Shown: piece by piece, positions 1 to 14,500 of the stretch | How the letters are laid out: each line of letters opens with the position of its first letter | Numbering within the stretch: position 1 is the first letter of the stretch | From: Bugula neritina | Taxonomy: Eukaryota; Animalia; Bryozoa | Assembly: GCA_964035545.1 (NCBI GenBank) | Contig: OZ037768.1 | Span: 12,246,741-12,310,740, forward strand | Direction of reading: 5' to 3' | Length of the DNA stretch: 64,000 bases | Translations under genes and position numbers: made by a program | Notes under the pieces: generated by a model | Databases searched by the model: none | Seen by the model: only the letters and a program-made list of their open reading frames with translations | What the model was told of the DNA's origin: nothing

Positions 1-756
1 AGGCTTCTTTAGTATACAATGGGAGGAATTTAGCAATCAGTAGAATGAAAAACAAACACAGTGCAACAACCAAAAGTGAAAAGGTACCGGTCATGTGACA
101 TTACATTATATTCAAACTATAATATTTTTCTAGAGTTTATTTATTTAGAGTTGTCTTACATTGGGATAAGACAACTTACCCTAACAGTTTTTTTTGAAAA
201 GTGTGACTTTATTGGATCTAGCTTAAACGAGTCATTAGCACTTTTCTTCCCTTTTTAGATGACAATAAATACCGCTAGAATTAAAAGTTCAAGAAAAATG
301 GTGCTATTTAATTGTATTTAAAGCTATCACCATTTTAAACATTTGTTATTTCATATTTCTATATATATGAATAGTTTAATGATGAAAATACACGTGAAGT
401 AAATAGTAAAAACCCTACCCGGACGAGTTTAATAGCACAATAATAAATACTCGTAGTAAATTTTAGGCTTATCTGTTCATAAACTCTTGAAGAAATTTTT
501 TGCTACAATAAACTGACTGAAACTATCTTATACATAAAGCTATTTGTAATAATTATTGATTTTTAATAAAAATGTTACTACCATTTAGTTTTCCCTAGCG
601 TTTCGTACAAGAATTAATATTTCATAGACTGAATATTAATTACAATTTATGCACTCTCTTTTGCACTTCACGTGTGTAAAAGCAATGCTTATTCAACTAT
701 TGTTATGGTCTAGTTTATCTAAGCTGTGGTTGGTTGAAATATTTGCTACGCTTCTG

Positions 757-830
757 ATTGGCTAGTCTTACAGAGTAGGTCGCTATAGTCCCAGGGTATA
801 AATAAACTGCAAGCTGCAGGCACTTCATTG
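757..830 (+). promoter_or_regulatory. Pol II core promoter of the 901-1338 gene (inverted CCAAT box, TATA box, Inr)
   Basis: ATTGG at 757-761, TATAAATA at 797-804 and TCATT at 825-829 about 28 nt downstream of the TATA. This is canonical spacing, about 75 nt upstream of the ATG at 901. Confidence 0.65.
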
Positions 831-900
831 ACCCGACATCTACAGCTTAGCTGCTACATTCTATAGATCTGTTCACTGGTTACTTGTTCACTCATCAACT

Positions 901-1338
901 ATGGGAAAACTCTTGCTAGTCATAGGCATCTGTCAGATTGCCGTTGGAGTGGTTGTTGTTGGTTTGGTTGGTAAAAGCTACTATGATACGACACAGGCCT
1001 TTGGATCTTCCAAAATTGAGCAGATTAATGCGTTTGGACCAGTATTAATTGGACTGCTAGTTGTAATGAATGGAGTTTTTGGAGTGTTCACAGTATGCTG
1101 CTCAAGTAACAAGAAGATAGATGTGATCTACTTGATGGGTGCAGCAGTAGCTGCTGCTGCCGCTGCTGCCATGGTGTGGATCTACGCACTACGTGTCTAT
1201 GAATGCAGAAATATTTGCCTGTACAACCAGAAAACTCAAGACATTCACGCCACTCTACTTGCCTTCAGTTTGGGGTGCTGTGCTATGAGTGTGTTCGGGA
1301 TGATTGCCTCTTCTCTTGCTATCTGCCGGAAACTATGA
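901..1338 (+). CDS. Single-exon four-transmembrane protein, MS4A/CD20-like (145 aa)
   Basis: Intact ATG-TGA ORF with four hydrophobic segments. IGICQIAVG in TM1, GP-x2-IG-x5-G in TM2 and a Cys pair in loop 2 (ECRNIC) resemble the CD20/MS4A pattern. Own promoter upstream; ATTAAA at 1562-1567. Confidence 0.75.
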   Translation: MGKLLLVIGICQIAVGVVVVGLVGKSYYDTTQAFGSSKIEQINAFGPVLIGLLVVMNGVFGVFTVCCSSNKKIDVIYLMGAAVAAAAAAAMVWIYALRVYECRNICLYNQKTQDIHATLLAFSLGCCAMSVFGMIASSLAICRKL

Positions 1339-2536
1339 AGTGGTTTACACTCCTCTTATCTTCAATGACTATTAACATAATAATGTTGTAAATCTGGACT
1401 CATGCTGGACTATGAACTGATAAAATGATAAACTCACCTGGAGTTAGTGATAGACACGAAGCTCTGGCAGAAGTTGAGATGAGAGACCTAACATTATTAT
1501 CATAAACTTAGCATTCTATATGATTCTGTACAGCATTGATATATATGCTTCTGTGGCAATAATTAAAAGTCTATTACTAATATTGTTGACTGTAGATTTG
1601 TTTACTGTATTATTATACTAAAGAATCTAATAGGAATTCTGTATTTCAGAAAAGCAGTTACTGAAAAGTTAACTGCGTTATATTTTTGTAAATAAACTAT
1701 TTTATTGAAAGAGGAAAGTTTTAAATGATTTAATAATAGCACACCCACACTTTGTGGCACCCCACCCATAATGACACTATCAGGGTACATCAAAGCACTC
1801 ATGCTATGGTCTTGCTCTCAGTATTTTCTGTCTTCAGAATTTGTGTTAGGAGAGAGAAATGCAATCCGAATAATCTGCACTCTTATAGCATAGATGATTT
1901 TTTATGACGATTAGTGCATCAAAGGGCCTCGTTGTCATATCATGTACTAGGTTTTCTCACTGGGCCTTCTATATATAAACAGTGCTATTGAAACATATTA
2001 AGGTTGCTATTAGCAGCTACTGTGTATGGATTTAGGAAAATGTAATTACGTGTTAGTTTACTTCTGTCTTCATAAATCATGATTTAATACAATGAGGTAG
2101 AAATCTAATAAAATCTAACATTAGGAAATAGTTTATAACCATTGCTATCATTATTCAACCCCAGCAGCTGGCAAACTATGAGCTGTACATCTTTATAGTT
2201 ATTAATAAACTAAATGAGATTTCACCTATCAAATATGAAACTTGCAGATGGTGCCATCAGTTAATTAGCTGAGCTAACTAAATAAATATCATAACTAACT
2301 TACAGCAAAGCCAATATTGCAGCTGAAATGCATGGATATAAGACTTGAGTAAGTCAAATAACTAGCATACCAGACCAATGCCTAACAGACTTATTAGGCT
2401 ATTTTATACATATAAGGGGTCATTGTTTTCTAATTGCACACCTTTTTATGTGTAGGTATCAACACATGATTTCATGATATCCTTACACACACACTTACTG
2501 CACACACACACAGTAAACATATTTTGTGTTTTGTAG

Positions 2537-5500
2537 GAATTTTTCCACATATTGTTTCAATTAGAAATAGGCTTCTGTCATCAGATAAAGGCCGCGGGCC
2601 CTCAGAAAGCTGGTTGTTCAACAAATATTTGAATTTAGAGCAGAGTCTGGGTGTGAGAAGAGTTCTAGAAGCCAAGTGTCGCCCATTTCCTTACGTCATC
2701 TTTGGTCCTCCAGGTATTCCCTATATGGGGTTTCCCAAGAAAATCATTTTAACTCTAAACATATAAAAACGTTGATAAAACGTGATTTTGTTATGTTGTG
2801 AAATTGTCTGTTAGAAAATTATTCTCACTAAAGTTTCTAAGTAGGTGCAAGTTATTAATACTATTTTTAAGGCAACTTAAAAGAACTTCATGCTTTTCTA
2901 ACCAGTTTCTGCTTTGCTCTGTAAGCTGGTTTTACTGTAGGAACTGGAAAAACAGTCACTGTCGTAGAATGTATACTGCAAGTGTTTCATCGTGTCAGAG
3001 GAAGTAGAATTCTCGTGTGCACGCCGTCCAACAGCGCTGCCGATCTTATTGTATGTACTTTACGAAGCCTGTTGATTACCTTCAAGTATCATAGTTACTC
3101 ATTAATTGTTATGGTCTATCTGTCTTATATAATATAATTCATCAATGTATTACTTGGAAATGATGCTTGAATATTTTGCATAATCACATCCTAACAGTTT
3201 TTAAGCATCAACTAATATTTTTGCAAAATATTTTGCTCTAATATCTTTAATCATGCTGCAGTATGTGGTATGCAGGGGAGCATTTTGTGATAACGAGATG
3301 TGCTATGCAGTATTATGTAAAGGTTAGTGTAATGTTTATACATAGTAGTGTATAAAGGCTAATGAAGTGTGTGTATGTAATGCTGTGTAGTACTCTCTCT
3401 GCAGGCGGTGAAGTTGGTAGAGAGTTGTGATTGGCCAGAGAACAATCTCGTCAGACTCGTCTCTTTTCGAAGACAGGAAGAGGTATGATGTCATCACTAG
3501 TGTGTAGAACATGGCATTGCTCTGCAGTCAGTCAGTTACTGTTACTAGTTTAATGGACTCGTTTATTCCCTTTGCAATATGATGCACATGTATAGTTAGT
3601 GTGGGAACAGGTGTTGTGTGACTGACATATCTCATCACTTTCTTATCTCAACTTATATATGCTTTCACCTCCTTTGACTATCAAAGACCAACTTGATATG
3701 CAAATCCATTGAAAATATGCTTTTCAGTGTTTACACTGTCTAATACAAGACCGTAGTTGCATTTAGATTTATGCAGTTGATTTTTATAGCACTAAATTGC
3801 ATCAAATCCACTTTTTTCAATAATAAAACACATCAAAGCAATATGTTTGAAGCTTGAGTGAACTGTGCTAACATTAAGGTATTTTATGATGAATCATACT
3901 TCTGGTTCCTACTCATCTGAAACTTAAGTGGGCACCGCCCCCTCGTCTTTCTCACAATTAATCAAAACATGCCATTCCATCAATCTGTCAGAACCTCACC
4001 CCATAATCAATCTTACTTATGGTTTATTTTCTAGTTGTTCACATTCAGTAATTATCATGAAATGCAAGTGGTTTATGGTAGTATATGACGCATAATAATA
4101 CTAGTATATAACACATAGTAATATTATATAATACATAGTAATATTATGTTAGACATAGTAATATTATATAACACATGATAATATTATGTAATGTGTAACA
4201 CAGAATGTTTTGCATGCTGCCTATGTCGTATTAAGTTGTGGATGAGTAACCAGTTAACAGAATGCATTTTATATTAGTAATTAGGTAGTGTATTAAAATA
4301 CATGCTGGGGTTAATACACTGCTCCATATATATCTCACGATTCCAGTTCTCACGAAATTCCATAGGTCACTAGGAGGGTTCGGACCTCTGTTTTGAGGCT
4401 TATGTATGTGTGTATAGGGACAAAATGGCCGGATTTAGCAGATCCGTGAGTTAAATCTGGTATTCTACTATGTCACGAGTCAAGGTTTCCGGAGCTGCAG
4501 CTTAGTGCGATACGGAAAGAGCAGTGTATATGTAGTATTTTGTAATTTGCCTATTGGTATTTCATATATTAGTAATATGTATATCAGTAATTCATATATT
4601 AGTAATATGTATATCGGTAATTCATATATTAGTAATATGTATATTGGTAATTCATATATTAGTAATATGTATATTGGTAATTCATATATTAGTAATATGT
4701 ATATTGGAAATTCATATATTAGTAATATGTATATTGGTAGTTCATATATCAGTAGTTTATATGTGACCAGTCGCGACAAAACCGGGGATGTGGCGGCGTT
4801 TATAAAGTGTAGTAAATGAAGGTTTAATTTGGAAATACTTAAATTTGAAATTAATTTCCAGTTTTTAGGTTTTGAACTTTTCTAATACAAAAAAATCCAA
4901 GGATTTCAAAAATCATACTTTCGTAAGCATTTGATGATTCCTTCAGCTCTAAAATTGCATTTAAAGTTGGTAACTAAGGCGTTCAATTTTTTAAATGATG
5001 AAAAAATTGCGAAGTTATCAAGTAAAGAAAGAAGACAATTTTAGTCATTTTCATAGCATGAGATCTTGCAAATTTATTTTTTATCAAATGAATTTAGCTT
5101 ACACCTCTTTCTTCGCATTGTCAGAAGCATCGTATTTAAAATCGAAGGCTAGTTTTAGTTTTTCATCGTGCTCCATCCAAAGTTAGCTTTTAAGTTACTG
5201 AGCTGTTTTGCCCTTTGGTGATAAATGCTAAACTTAATCTTTATCTTTAGCGTTCAAGCTTGAAAATCACAACAATGCAGGTAATTATACTCAAAACCAT
5301 CATTTACGCTACTAACTTAGAATTGTTGCTAGGATTATTTGTAGTTATTTTCTTATTAATATTCATACTAATAATATCACTAGGAGTATGTCTATTCTAA
5401 TTCTATATTTATATTAGTAACTATTTAAATGACTCTCACTATGACTCACAGTTTGAGGTACGGTTACTCATAATGATAATCATAATGAATATCATTCATG

Positions 5501-8500
5501 ATTTACTGATACTGGTATTTGGCAGTAAAACCAAATGTAGCTCATTAATATTAATAGTATAACTTAAGTAATGATTAATAATTAAATTCACTATTTGAGT
5601 CTGACTCTGAGTTTCGCCTTACTTACTTGATTTACTTGAAGATGCAATCACGTTAGACCACTAGATTAGCGTAAGCACTTGATACTCATACTGATAGTAT
5701 TATATTTATTGATTTATTCTATAGTTGATATTTAAATTTACATTGGAATTACTCTTAGTAACTTTTAGCCTCTGTCTTAGATTTTGTCAATACAGTTACT
5801 GATTACTGTTACGATTAACGGTTCCTTTTGTGATTTTTAAATTAGCTCAAAGTTTTATTTAAAATATAATGATAAAATATTATCACATTATGCAGGCTTA
5901 CAGTTACTGTCAAAGCTCAATTGATAACCCTATTTATATTGATAAAAGCATCACCTCTAACCAAATTGAAATGGTAAATGTGATTAAATGTAAATGAGTA
6001 TAATGATGAAATATTAATGCGAGTTCATGGTGATTCTATAGTTGACTGACTTAGTTCTTCAGTAAGTTACTTTTAGTCTTATTTAGTGAGTAGTAACACT
6101 AACTGAATGCATAAATAGTCTAAACTTTTTAATTTTATTATAAAGGATGAGCAAAAATTTATTCATATTTTAAAGTAATTTATTGAATTCAAATTGATTT
6201 TATAGTAAATGTCTGTAATAGATTCAGTTGCACTTAGCTAGCTTTTTTACTCAATTAAATGCTTGAGTGGTTAATAGACATTGCTTCAAAATTGCCAATT
6301 GCAGATATGCTAGATATTCAAGTGCATAATGTGTAATTTTACTGATAATACTATGTTAATATAGAATAATCCGATATTCTGTACATTTTAGAAAGTGGAC
6401 TTATGAGAGCATTAGAGTGAAGACTTATACCTACACAACTCTACTACCTATCAATCTAACACTTCTAATGTAGACACTCTGAATTTTGGCTTGCAAGGTT
6501 ATGGCTTCTGCTTATTTCATTCATAAAAAGGTTTGCAGTCTTTTAATGATGTGCTTGAAAATTTTCAACAATTTTTTAAATTTAAATTGTTCTGTTTAAT
6601 TCAATAAATTTAAATGTTGATAAAATGCAGGATGACAATTAACTGCTGCTATAGTAGTACCACAAGAGTGTTTAACCAACTAAATTTTTATAATATAACT
6701 GCGTATAGTTTCTAATCAAGCTACCGTTTTCTTTTGTTATTTAAAAAAGTCAACATTGTACTTGCAGCTCTGGAATAGACAATAGATGGGTAGATTGGCA
6801 GGATGGATGTCAAGTAGCAGCATCTGTAATTGTTAGAAAATCAGCTGATGATAGTGATGAAGCTTTTGCCACACACATGATGTTATGTGTTCATACTCCG
6901 TAAACTCATATTATGAAGACCAAGGAAGTAGAAAGATGAAAAGTGCCTTTTTTGCAAAAACCGTAGAAGCTACCTAATTTTCTTCTCTTGATTAGAGTTA
7001 ATTCAAGCACAATGGTTGTATCCAGGCTGGATTTTTTACTGCATTTAATTAATTTTTTAAAATAATGTGTTTGATGTTTTAAATGTGAATATTAATGCCT
7101 AATAAAACTCAAACGTTCTAATAGCTGATTTTATGTTTATATTTTCAACATCAATTGCTAAATTTAGTTGCCGTTAGAGATTATAAAGATATTTATGAAT
7201 GAATCTCGAATGATCTCATAATAGTCAAATAATTTTCTCATAAGTGTTCTACTCATTAAGCAATAACTATGAAACAGCACAGCTCAATAGCTGCAGTTTG
7301 ATATATTACACAATATATTAGAGGAGAGGAAGATATTCAATGTATAACAGGAAGCAGCTGCCATTTTGTTTTATATGACTTCCTGCTGACTTGGATGCCT
7401 AATTTAAATATCTCAACACACAAACTTGCTGAAACATCCTCTTCTTTGCTGGAATTGTTAAACCTTTCATTAAATAAACAAAATAAAAAGCAAATTGACA
7501 AATGAATTAGACGAAAAGTTTGGCGGCCATATTTGACCTAATTTTAAGTTGAGGCAGCATGAAATTTAGTTTAACAGAAAGCCCAAATTTTCACAATTAT
7601 TTTGGTACCAAATTTGTCACCATTCCTATTATACAAAGACCCGTTGCTAAGGCTTGTAAATTGTAAACAAATAATTCTCAACTTATTCTAGAGTTGCCAA
7701 CTTTAAATGCGATTTTCTCGAAACAGTAATTTAGAAATTCTAAAAACGTTAAGGTTTTTAAATATTAATATCTCGAGTTCTATTTATGCTAGAGACTTCA
7801 AATAAAGTGCAAAATGTTTGGAAAAGTCTGCTCTATCACTCCATAGTAATAACTAGGTTTTCAACATTTTATATACATCCCTTGTTTTGTGGTGCCAGGT
7901 CACATATATTAGTAATATGTATATTGGTAACTACTGACTGCCATGGTTACATCTCTTGCACACAACTAGCTGCTATCACCATAGTACTGTGTTCCATGCA
8001 GTCAGCTATGTGAAATTATTACCTGTGTTAAAACTGCACCAGGCTACATTTACTGCTTGTGTTTACCAGAATAATCATATCTACCCCTAATCATGATAAT
8101 TATCACTTGTTTGTGCAATTCGTCAGATCTTAAAACTTATTTGCACTGCAAATATTCCCTTCTCTACTATTACTACCCCAGTGACCTACATTAATGTTTA
8201 GTATCATTGCCAATATAACTTAGTCAATGCATAACAATGCCTTTCCTGTGATTGACTCAAAGTTAATCTCTCCTTCACACTTCCACCCACTCCTGCACCC
8301 AGCCCACTCCCACACATTCTCATTACATGAGACATGCACTATCTCTAAGGTAGCGGCATGCAGTCTCCTCATATCCACTTTCACAACAACATATCTCCTC
8401 CACTCTGCTCTTGTGATAACAGCTTCTTAAACCTACTGTGTCTCTCTATTATTGTAAATCATGTGCGATTGCAGTTGCTTTCAAGTTGTGTTAGTTTGAA

Positions 8501-11500
8501 ACTATAGGAATTATTTGCATTAGATTTAGATATGCTGTACATATTGTAGAATATTATGTAACACAGTGTATAGTATAGTATGTAACACAGTGTATAGTAT
8601 AGTATGTAACACAGTGTATAGTATAGTATGTAACACAGTGTATAGTATAGTATAGTATGTAACACAGTGTATAGTATAGTATGTAATACAGTGTATAGTA
8701 TAGTATGTAACACAGTGTATAGTATAGTATGTAACACAGTGTATAGTATAGTATAGTATGTAACACAGTGTATAGTATAGTATGTAATACAGTGTATAGT
8801 ATAGTATGTAACACAGTGTATAGTATAGTATGTAACACAGTGTATAGTATAGTATGTAACACAGTGTATAGTATAGTATGTAACACAGTGTATAGTATAG
8901 TATGTAACACAGTGTATAGTATAGTATGTAACACAGTGTATAGTATAGTATGTAACACAGTGTATAGTATAGTATGTAACACAGTGTCTAGTATAGTATG
9001 TAACACAGTGTATAGTATAGTATGTAACACAGTGTATAGTATAGTATGTAACACGGTGTATAGTATAGTATGTAACACACAGTGTATAGTATAGTATGTA
9101 ACACACAGTGTATAGTATAGTATGTAACACAGTGTATAGTATAGTATGTAACACAGTGTATAGTATAGTATGTAACACAGTGTATAGTATAGTATGTAAC
9201 ACAGTGTATAGTATAGTATGTAACACAGTGTATAGTATAGTATGTAACACAGTGTATAGTATAGTATGTAATACAGTATATAGTATATTATGTAACACAG
9301 TGTACAGTATAGTATGTAACACAGTGTATAGTATAGTATGTAATACAATGTATAGTATAGTATGTAACACAGTGTATAGTATAGTATGTAACACGGTGTA
9401 TAGTATAGTATGTAACACGGTGTATAGTATAGTATGTAACACAGTGTATAGTATAGTATGTAACACAGTGTATAGTATAGTATGTAACACAGTGTATAGT
9501 ATAGTATGTAACACAGTGTATAGTATAGTATGTAACACAGTGTATAGTATAGTATGTAACACAGTGTATAGTATAGTATGTAACACAGTGTATAGTATAG
9601 TATGTAACACAGTGTATAGTATAGTATGTAACACAGTGTATAGTATAGTATGTAACACTGAGTATAGTATAGTATGTAACACAGTGTATAGTATAGTATG
9701 TAGCACAGTGTATAGTATAGTATGTAGCACAGTGTATAGTATAGTATGTAACACAGTGTATAGTATAGTATGTAACACAGTGTATAGTATAGTATGTAAC
9801 ACTGAGTGTATTGTGTGCTAACATTCTCTATGCCTGCATCTATTCCAACTGGTGCATATTTTTATGACTTATAACTCAATTAGCTGGCTAGTTTTATAGT
9901 CCATTACTGTTCTCTCTGGCATAATAAATGCAGGCATGGCAATAACCTCCAAGTATCATTGCATATCCTTCCAAGAGTTGAGTAACTCTGGGATTGCTAA
10001 CTTGATCACTAGTTTTTCGGTCAGTTGGGTTCAGTCTGATCAGCTTTTCATGACTTCATCTTTTCGATCTCTCGTAGTTGCCTTCTCTTGTTAGGGAATT
10101 TGGATATATGAATTTAAAGTAGCCTACCTGTATTTTTTATTGAATCAACTATTCGTTACTATCAATTTTCTTGTGTTTCAACAGCTTGTAATGCTGTACA
10201 TGTTTACAATATATTAATACACCATTTGGCTCTACTCGCAGTTGACAATGAAAATTTTATTGCTTAACACAAATGCAAATGTCACTAATAGAAATTACTT
10301 TTCCTAGTAAATAGTAACAAATTATTTTTCACTCAGTAACCTGATGTAGGTTTACAAAAAGTAGTCTTCATTCTTTACCTCTTTGATGTATGAGCTGTTC
10401 AGCCCAGATCGATCAATAATTTTCTGTGAATTTGTTACTCTGATTGAACTAAGTTGAGTTTTAAGCATTAATAAACTGTCTCAGAGCTGCAGGAATGAAC
10501 TTTGACCTGTTTCTGCTGGCTGCAGACAACTGAGATCAATACATGTGAACCAGGAATGTGTATCTTTCTAAACTTTAACGTAGATTAGAGATGAAAATGC
10601 AGTTAGTCAGATGAAGAGTATTAGATATAAGGATAATTCTTGCAACTACAATATATTATAACCAGGGTATTCGCAATACGCAACATGCAATGACATTAGT
10701 TACTGTATTAGGAATGGTCTTAGCCAAATGGTGTATATTATAGTGGAAAGTTTTCCCATTTCATGCTAACTTATGTTACATCTGTAGTCTAATGATAAGG
10801 GTCTAATGAAGTACTGAAGAGTAATAACTGATAAATTTCCAATATCTGCAACATATAGCTTCAGTGTAACAGCTCTTCTATAGCATAATGTGAAACTTTA
10901 TTCTATTGTAGAGAAGGGTTTTACTGCAGTTGTTTATGAGAGATTTGCATTGTAGAGTTGTTTTCTTAAAAATATTTTCGATTTGTCTTGTAAACACTCC
11001 TTGTTTCTCAAAGTCTATAATGTTTATGCGGTGGCTTGCATTCATACATGCAATATATTATTATGCACATGTATGTATAACAATTATTGCCCATGACTCA
11101 GTTAATATACACAACATATTATGCTAGCTGATATGCTTCAAGTAGATAGATACTTACCAAATACAAGTGCAAAGGCCAATTTCTTTACTCCTAATGTATA
11201 ACGCAGATTGCTGCCCAGTAACAAGTTTAAAATTAACCCATATTTCTATCAGAATCTAAAAAGAAAAACTTTGGACTTTTAACTTGAAAAAGTCTGTCAA
11301 AATTTTGTGTAAACAGCATGTGATCCCACAACTTGTAGTCTCTGCCAGAAGAAATAAAGGCTTATTGTAAGGATGGGCAAGACTTAGCCCTAGTTGCTGA
11401 GCACAGGGTGATAGTTAGCACGTGTTCCAGTGCTGGCATGCTGTACGGACTGGGTCTCAGTACGAGACACTTCACTCACGTGTTCGTAGACGAGGTTAGT

Positions 11501-14500
11501 CAACTTTCAATATGGAACAGGATGTGCTGGCTGTTAATAGAGATTAGACAGTGTTGCTGCAGAAGCCAATGTGCTAGTTATATATGGTGTACTGCCCCTG
11601 TAAACTACCATCATATTTAGTATACTTTTCCCTTGGGTTCTCTGTTGAATTAAAATGAGGGTAGTCAACCTAGTAAAAATAATTTTATTGGGCGTATGCT
11701 TCAAAACTGCATATAAAACCTGTTCCTGTGGGAAGCTGTGCCAACATAGAATATGATTTAGTATGTATGACAGCATGCTGTTCTGTAATATGCATCAGTA
11801 CTAAAAACTAGTGCGGCAGCTTTGGCTTGTCTTACCAATCTAGTTGACTTGGTTCTGCCAGTTTAATTATCCTGGCATAAATTACTAACCTAGTTTTTCT
11901 TGTACAGTAATGCTATCTTTTAATTTTGATTTGGCTCTCTTACTTTAAGAGGTAAAATCACATTTCATCAGTAGCTGCACATGCCTAACATGGTAGTGTG
12001 GAATGTTAACAGGCTGGCCAGGCAAGTGAACCAGAATGTCTCATTCCAATATCTCTGGCAGCCGCCAATGCTGACGCATGCATTGTGATGGCTGGTGATC
12101 ACAAACAGCTGGGTGCTGTCGTCAAATCCCAGATCTCTCAAACCTGCGGGCTATCCACGTCTCTTCTAGAGAGAGTCATGCAGTTTCCACCCTATCAAAG
12201 AGATGAGGAACAGTTTCAGGATCACACAGGCTATGATCCTAATCTAGTATGGATATTGTAGATACTGCCTTATTTGCGTGTTTCATATTGTTTTTAAAAC
12301 ATTTGTAAACTTTGTTGAAATGGCATAATTTTACCGGTGTTTATCATCCTTTGTTCATTTTAAGACAACAAAGGCTTGTTTTGTGCTCTGTAATTTTTGT
12401 GAGCAATTACATCATGAATATATAAATTCTATTTTTGAAAAGATTGTCTTAAAAATTTGCGAAAAAATACTGTATCTGTGTGTCTATCACGTTTAAAGGT
12501 TAAACTTAGCTGCCAATTATCAATTCGAAATGCATGTTTATTACATTCACTGTATGAAGAGTATAATACAAGTGATATAATATATTATCATATAACTCTG
12601 GCAGGTCACAAAGTTAGTGCAGAACTACAGAGCACACCCCTTTATCCTGTCTCTATACTCTCAGCTATTCTATGACAACGAGTTGGTAGTGTCCGCTGGT
12701 GCTGAGGCTTTCTCCCTCCAACATTCAGATCTGCTGCTCTCTCTTAATAAACCCATTATCTTCCACGGACTTCATGTAGGTAGTAGTGGTGGTAGTAGTA
12801 ACTGTATGTAGTAATGATAGCAGTAGTAGTACTCTAGGTATCAGTGATAGTAATGGTAACTGTAGATAACTTAGAGATAGTAGTAGTAGTAACTGTAGAT
12901 AGTACTGGTAGTAATAGCACTGTAGGTAGTAGTACTCTATGTAGTTAGTACTGGTAGTAATAGCACTGTAGTTAGCAGTAACAGTAAGCAGTAGTTGTGG
13001 GTAGTACTAATAACTGTATTGTTTAAAGATCACCAAATACTATTTTTAGTGTGCTGTAGATGGTAGCTATGGTTTTACCATCTGCTATGTGTCATATATA
13101 CTGTTGCTAGCCAACATACTTCAACTGTGCTACATTTTGCTACTTTATATTTGGTATTAGTAATCATCATCAAAGCAATTTTCACACCCATGTGATTTTA
13201 TCTTCATAACAGAAAAAAATGTCAGCTTATCATCAATCAAGCTGTTGCAGTTGAATCAGTGAAGCTCTAATCTTGGAGCTACTCCCATGTTTCAAGTACA
13301 ATATTTAATCATGAGTAACACTCAGCTGCATGGTTATTTATAGAATTTGTTAGCCGTGATATTCCAGGGCAGTATTTAGATAGGATTCAATGTAGTGATA
13401 GGACATGTGTACTCCTTTATATGGTGCCAGTATCGTAGCAAAGGAAAAATCTCAACAATTTCTCTAAGAAATAACATACAGGCGTGGTTTGCATAAGCTG
13501 ATCTCTACACTACAAGGTAGCGTCTTTCATTTTTGTTATGAAAATCCTGCTATACTTCCACGCTATTTCAGGGTGAAGAGTTAAGAGAGGGAAACAACCC
13601 ATCCTGGTTTAATGCTGTAGAACTTGTACAGGTTGTCAAATACCTGCAGGCACTGCTGAAAGTTTGTCAAGCTGAGAAGATTGGAGTTATCACACCTTAC
13701 AGGAAACAGGTGCCTATGCAACAAGTTATAGCAAATTTCGCATAGTTGGATGAGAATATGAGCTGAAAGCGTAGAGATCTTGTTGTGCAGTACTACTGTA
13801 AAGGATTATCACATACATCTCACACGAGTCCTTAGTCTGGCTTTTAGAAAAATAAAACCCCTTCCATGTGGGGGGGGGTTCTCACAGGGATAGTGACTAT
13901 AAACTTGCGCTAGTGTTTTTAAAGGAGTGTTACATGTATTGTTAGAAACACATGATTTTAATATTAGGCCATTTAAATACCACATTTCTACGTGTACAGG
14001 TTGAAAAGATAAGACAACTCATGGGTAGTGTTGGAGTGGATCCAGAAGTAAAAGTTGGTTCAGTAGAAGAGTTTCAAGGACAGGAGAGACAAGTCATAAT
14101 AGTTTCTACGGTGTGTTAGTTAATATATTGTATAGTTTCTATGGTCTGTTAGTTAATATATTGTATAGTTACTACAGGGTGTTAGTTAATATATTGTATA
14201 GTTTCTACGGTGTGTTAGTTAATATATTGTATAGTTACTACTGTGTGTTAGTTAATATATTGTGTAGTTACTACAGGGTGTTAGTTAATATATTGTATAG
14301 TTACTACTGTGTGTTAGTTGATATATTGTATAGTTGTGCTTTTTCTACTGCTCTATTGTGTCTGCAGCGTTACCAGTTTGCTATGTTGACCTCATTAATA
14401 TATTAAATTGCAGGGTGATGGCACCATAATGAGATATAATAAATTAGTCATTACATATCCATGATATAGTTTAGCTTGCAAATGCTGGGTGTAATTGTCC

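Noticed and set aside
2248-2272. TTGCAG|ATGGTGCCATCAG giving RWCHQL, resembling the MOV10 RRCHQA motif
   Set aside because: An in-frame TGA follows within a few codons and there is no convincing donor, so it is probably chance.
4480-4819. Repetitive ORFs of 70-104 aa, and the array as a possible CRISPR
   Set aside because: This is a 30-bp tandem repeat with no unique spacers, in eukaryotic DNA with no cas genes.
8459-9824. Long ORFs (447, 264, 237 and 178 aa) with [16 protein letters not shown] repeats
   Set aside because: They are translations of a 24-bp minisatellite whose unit lacks stops in some frames, and they lie in an intron.
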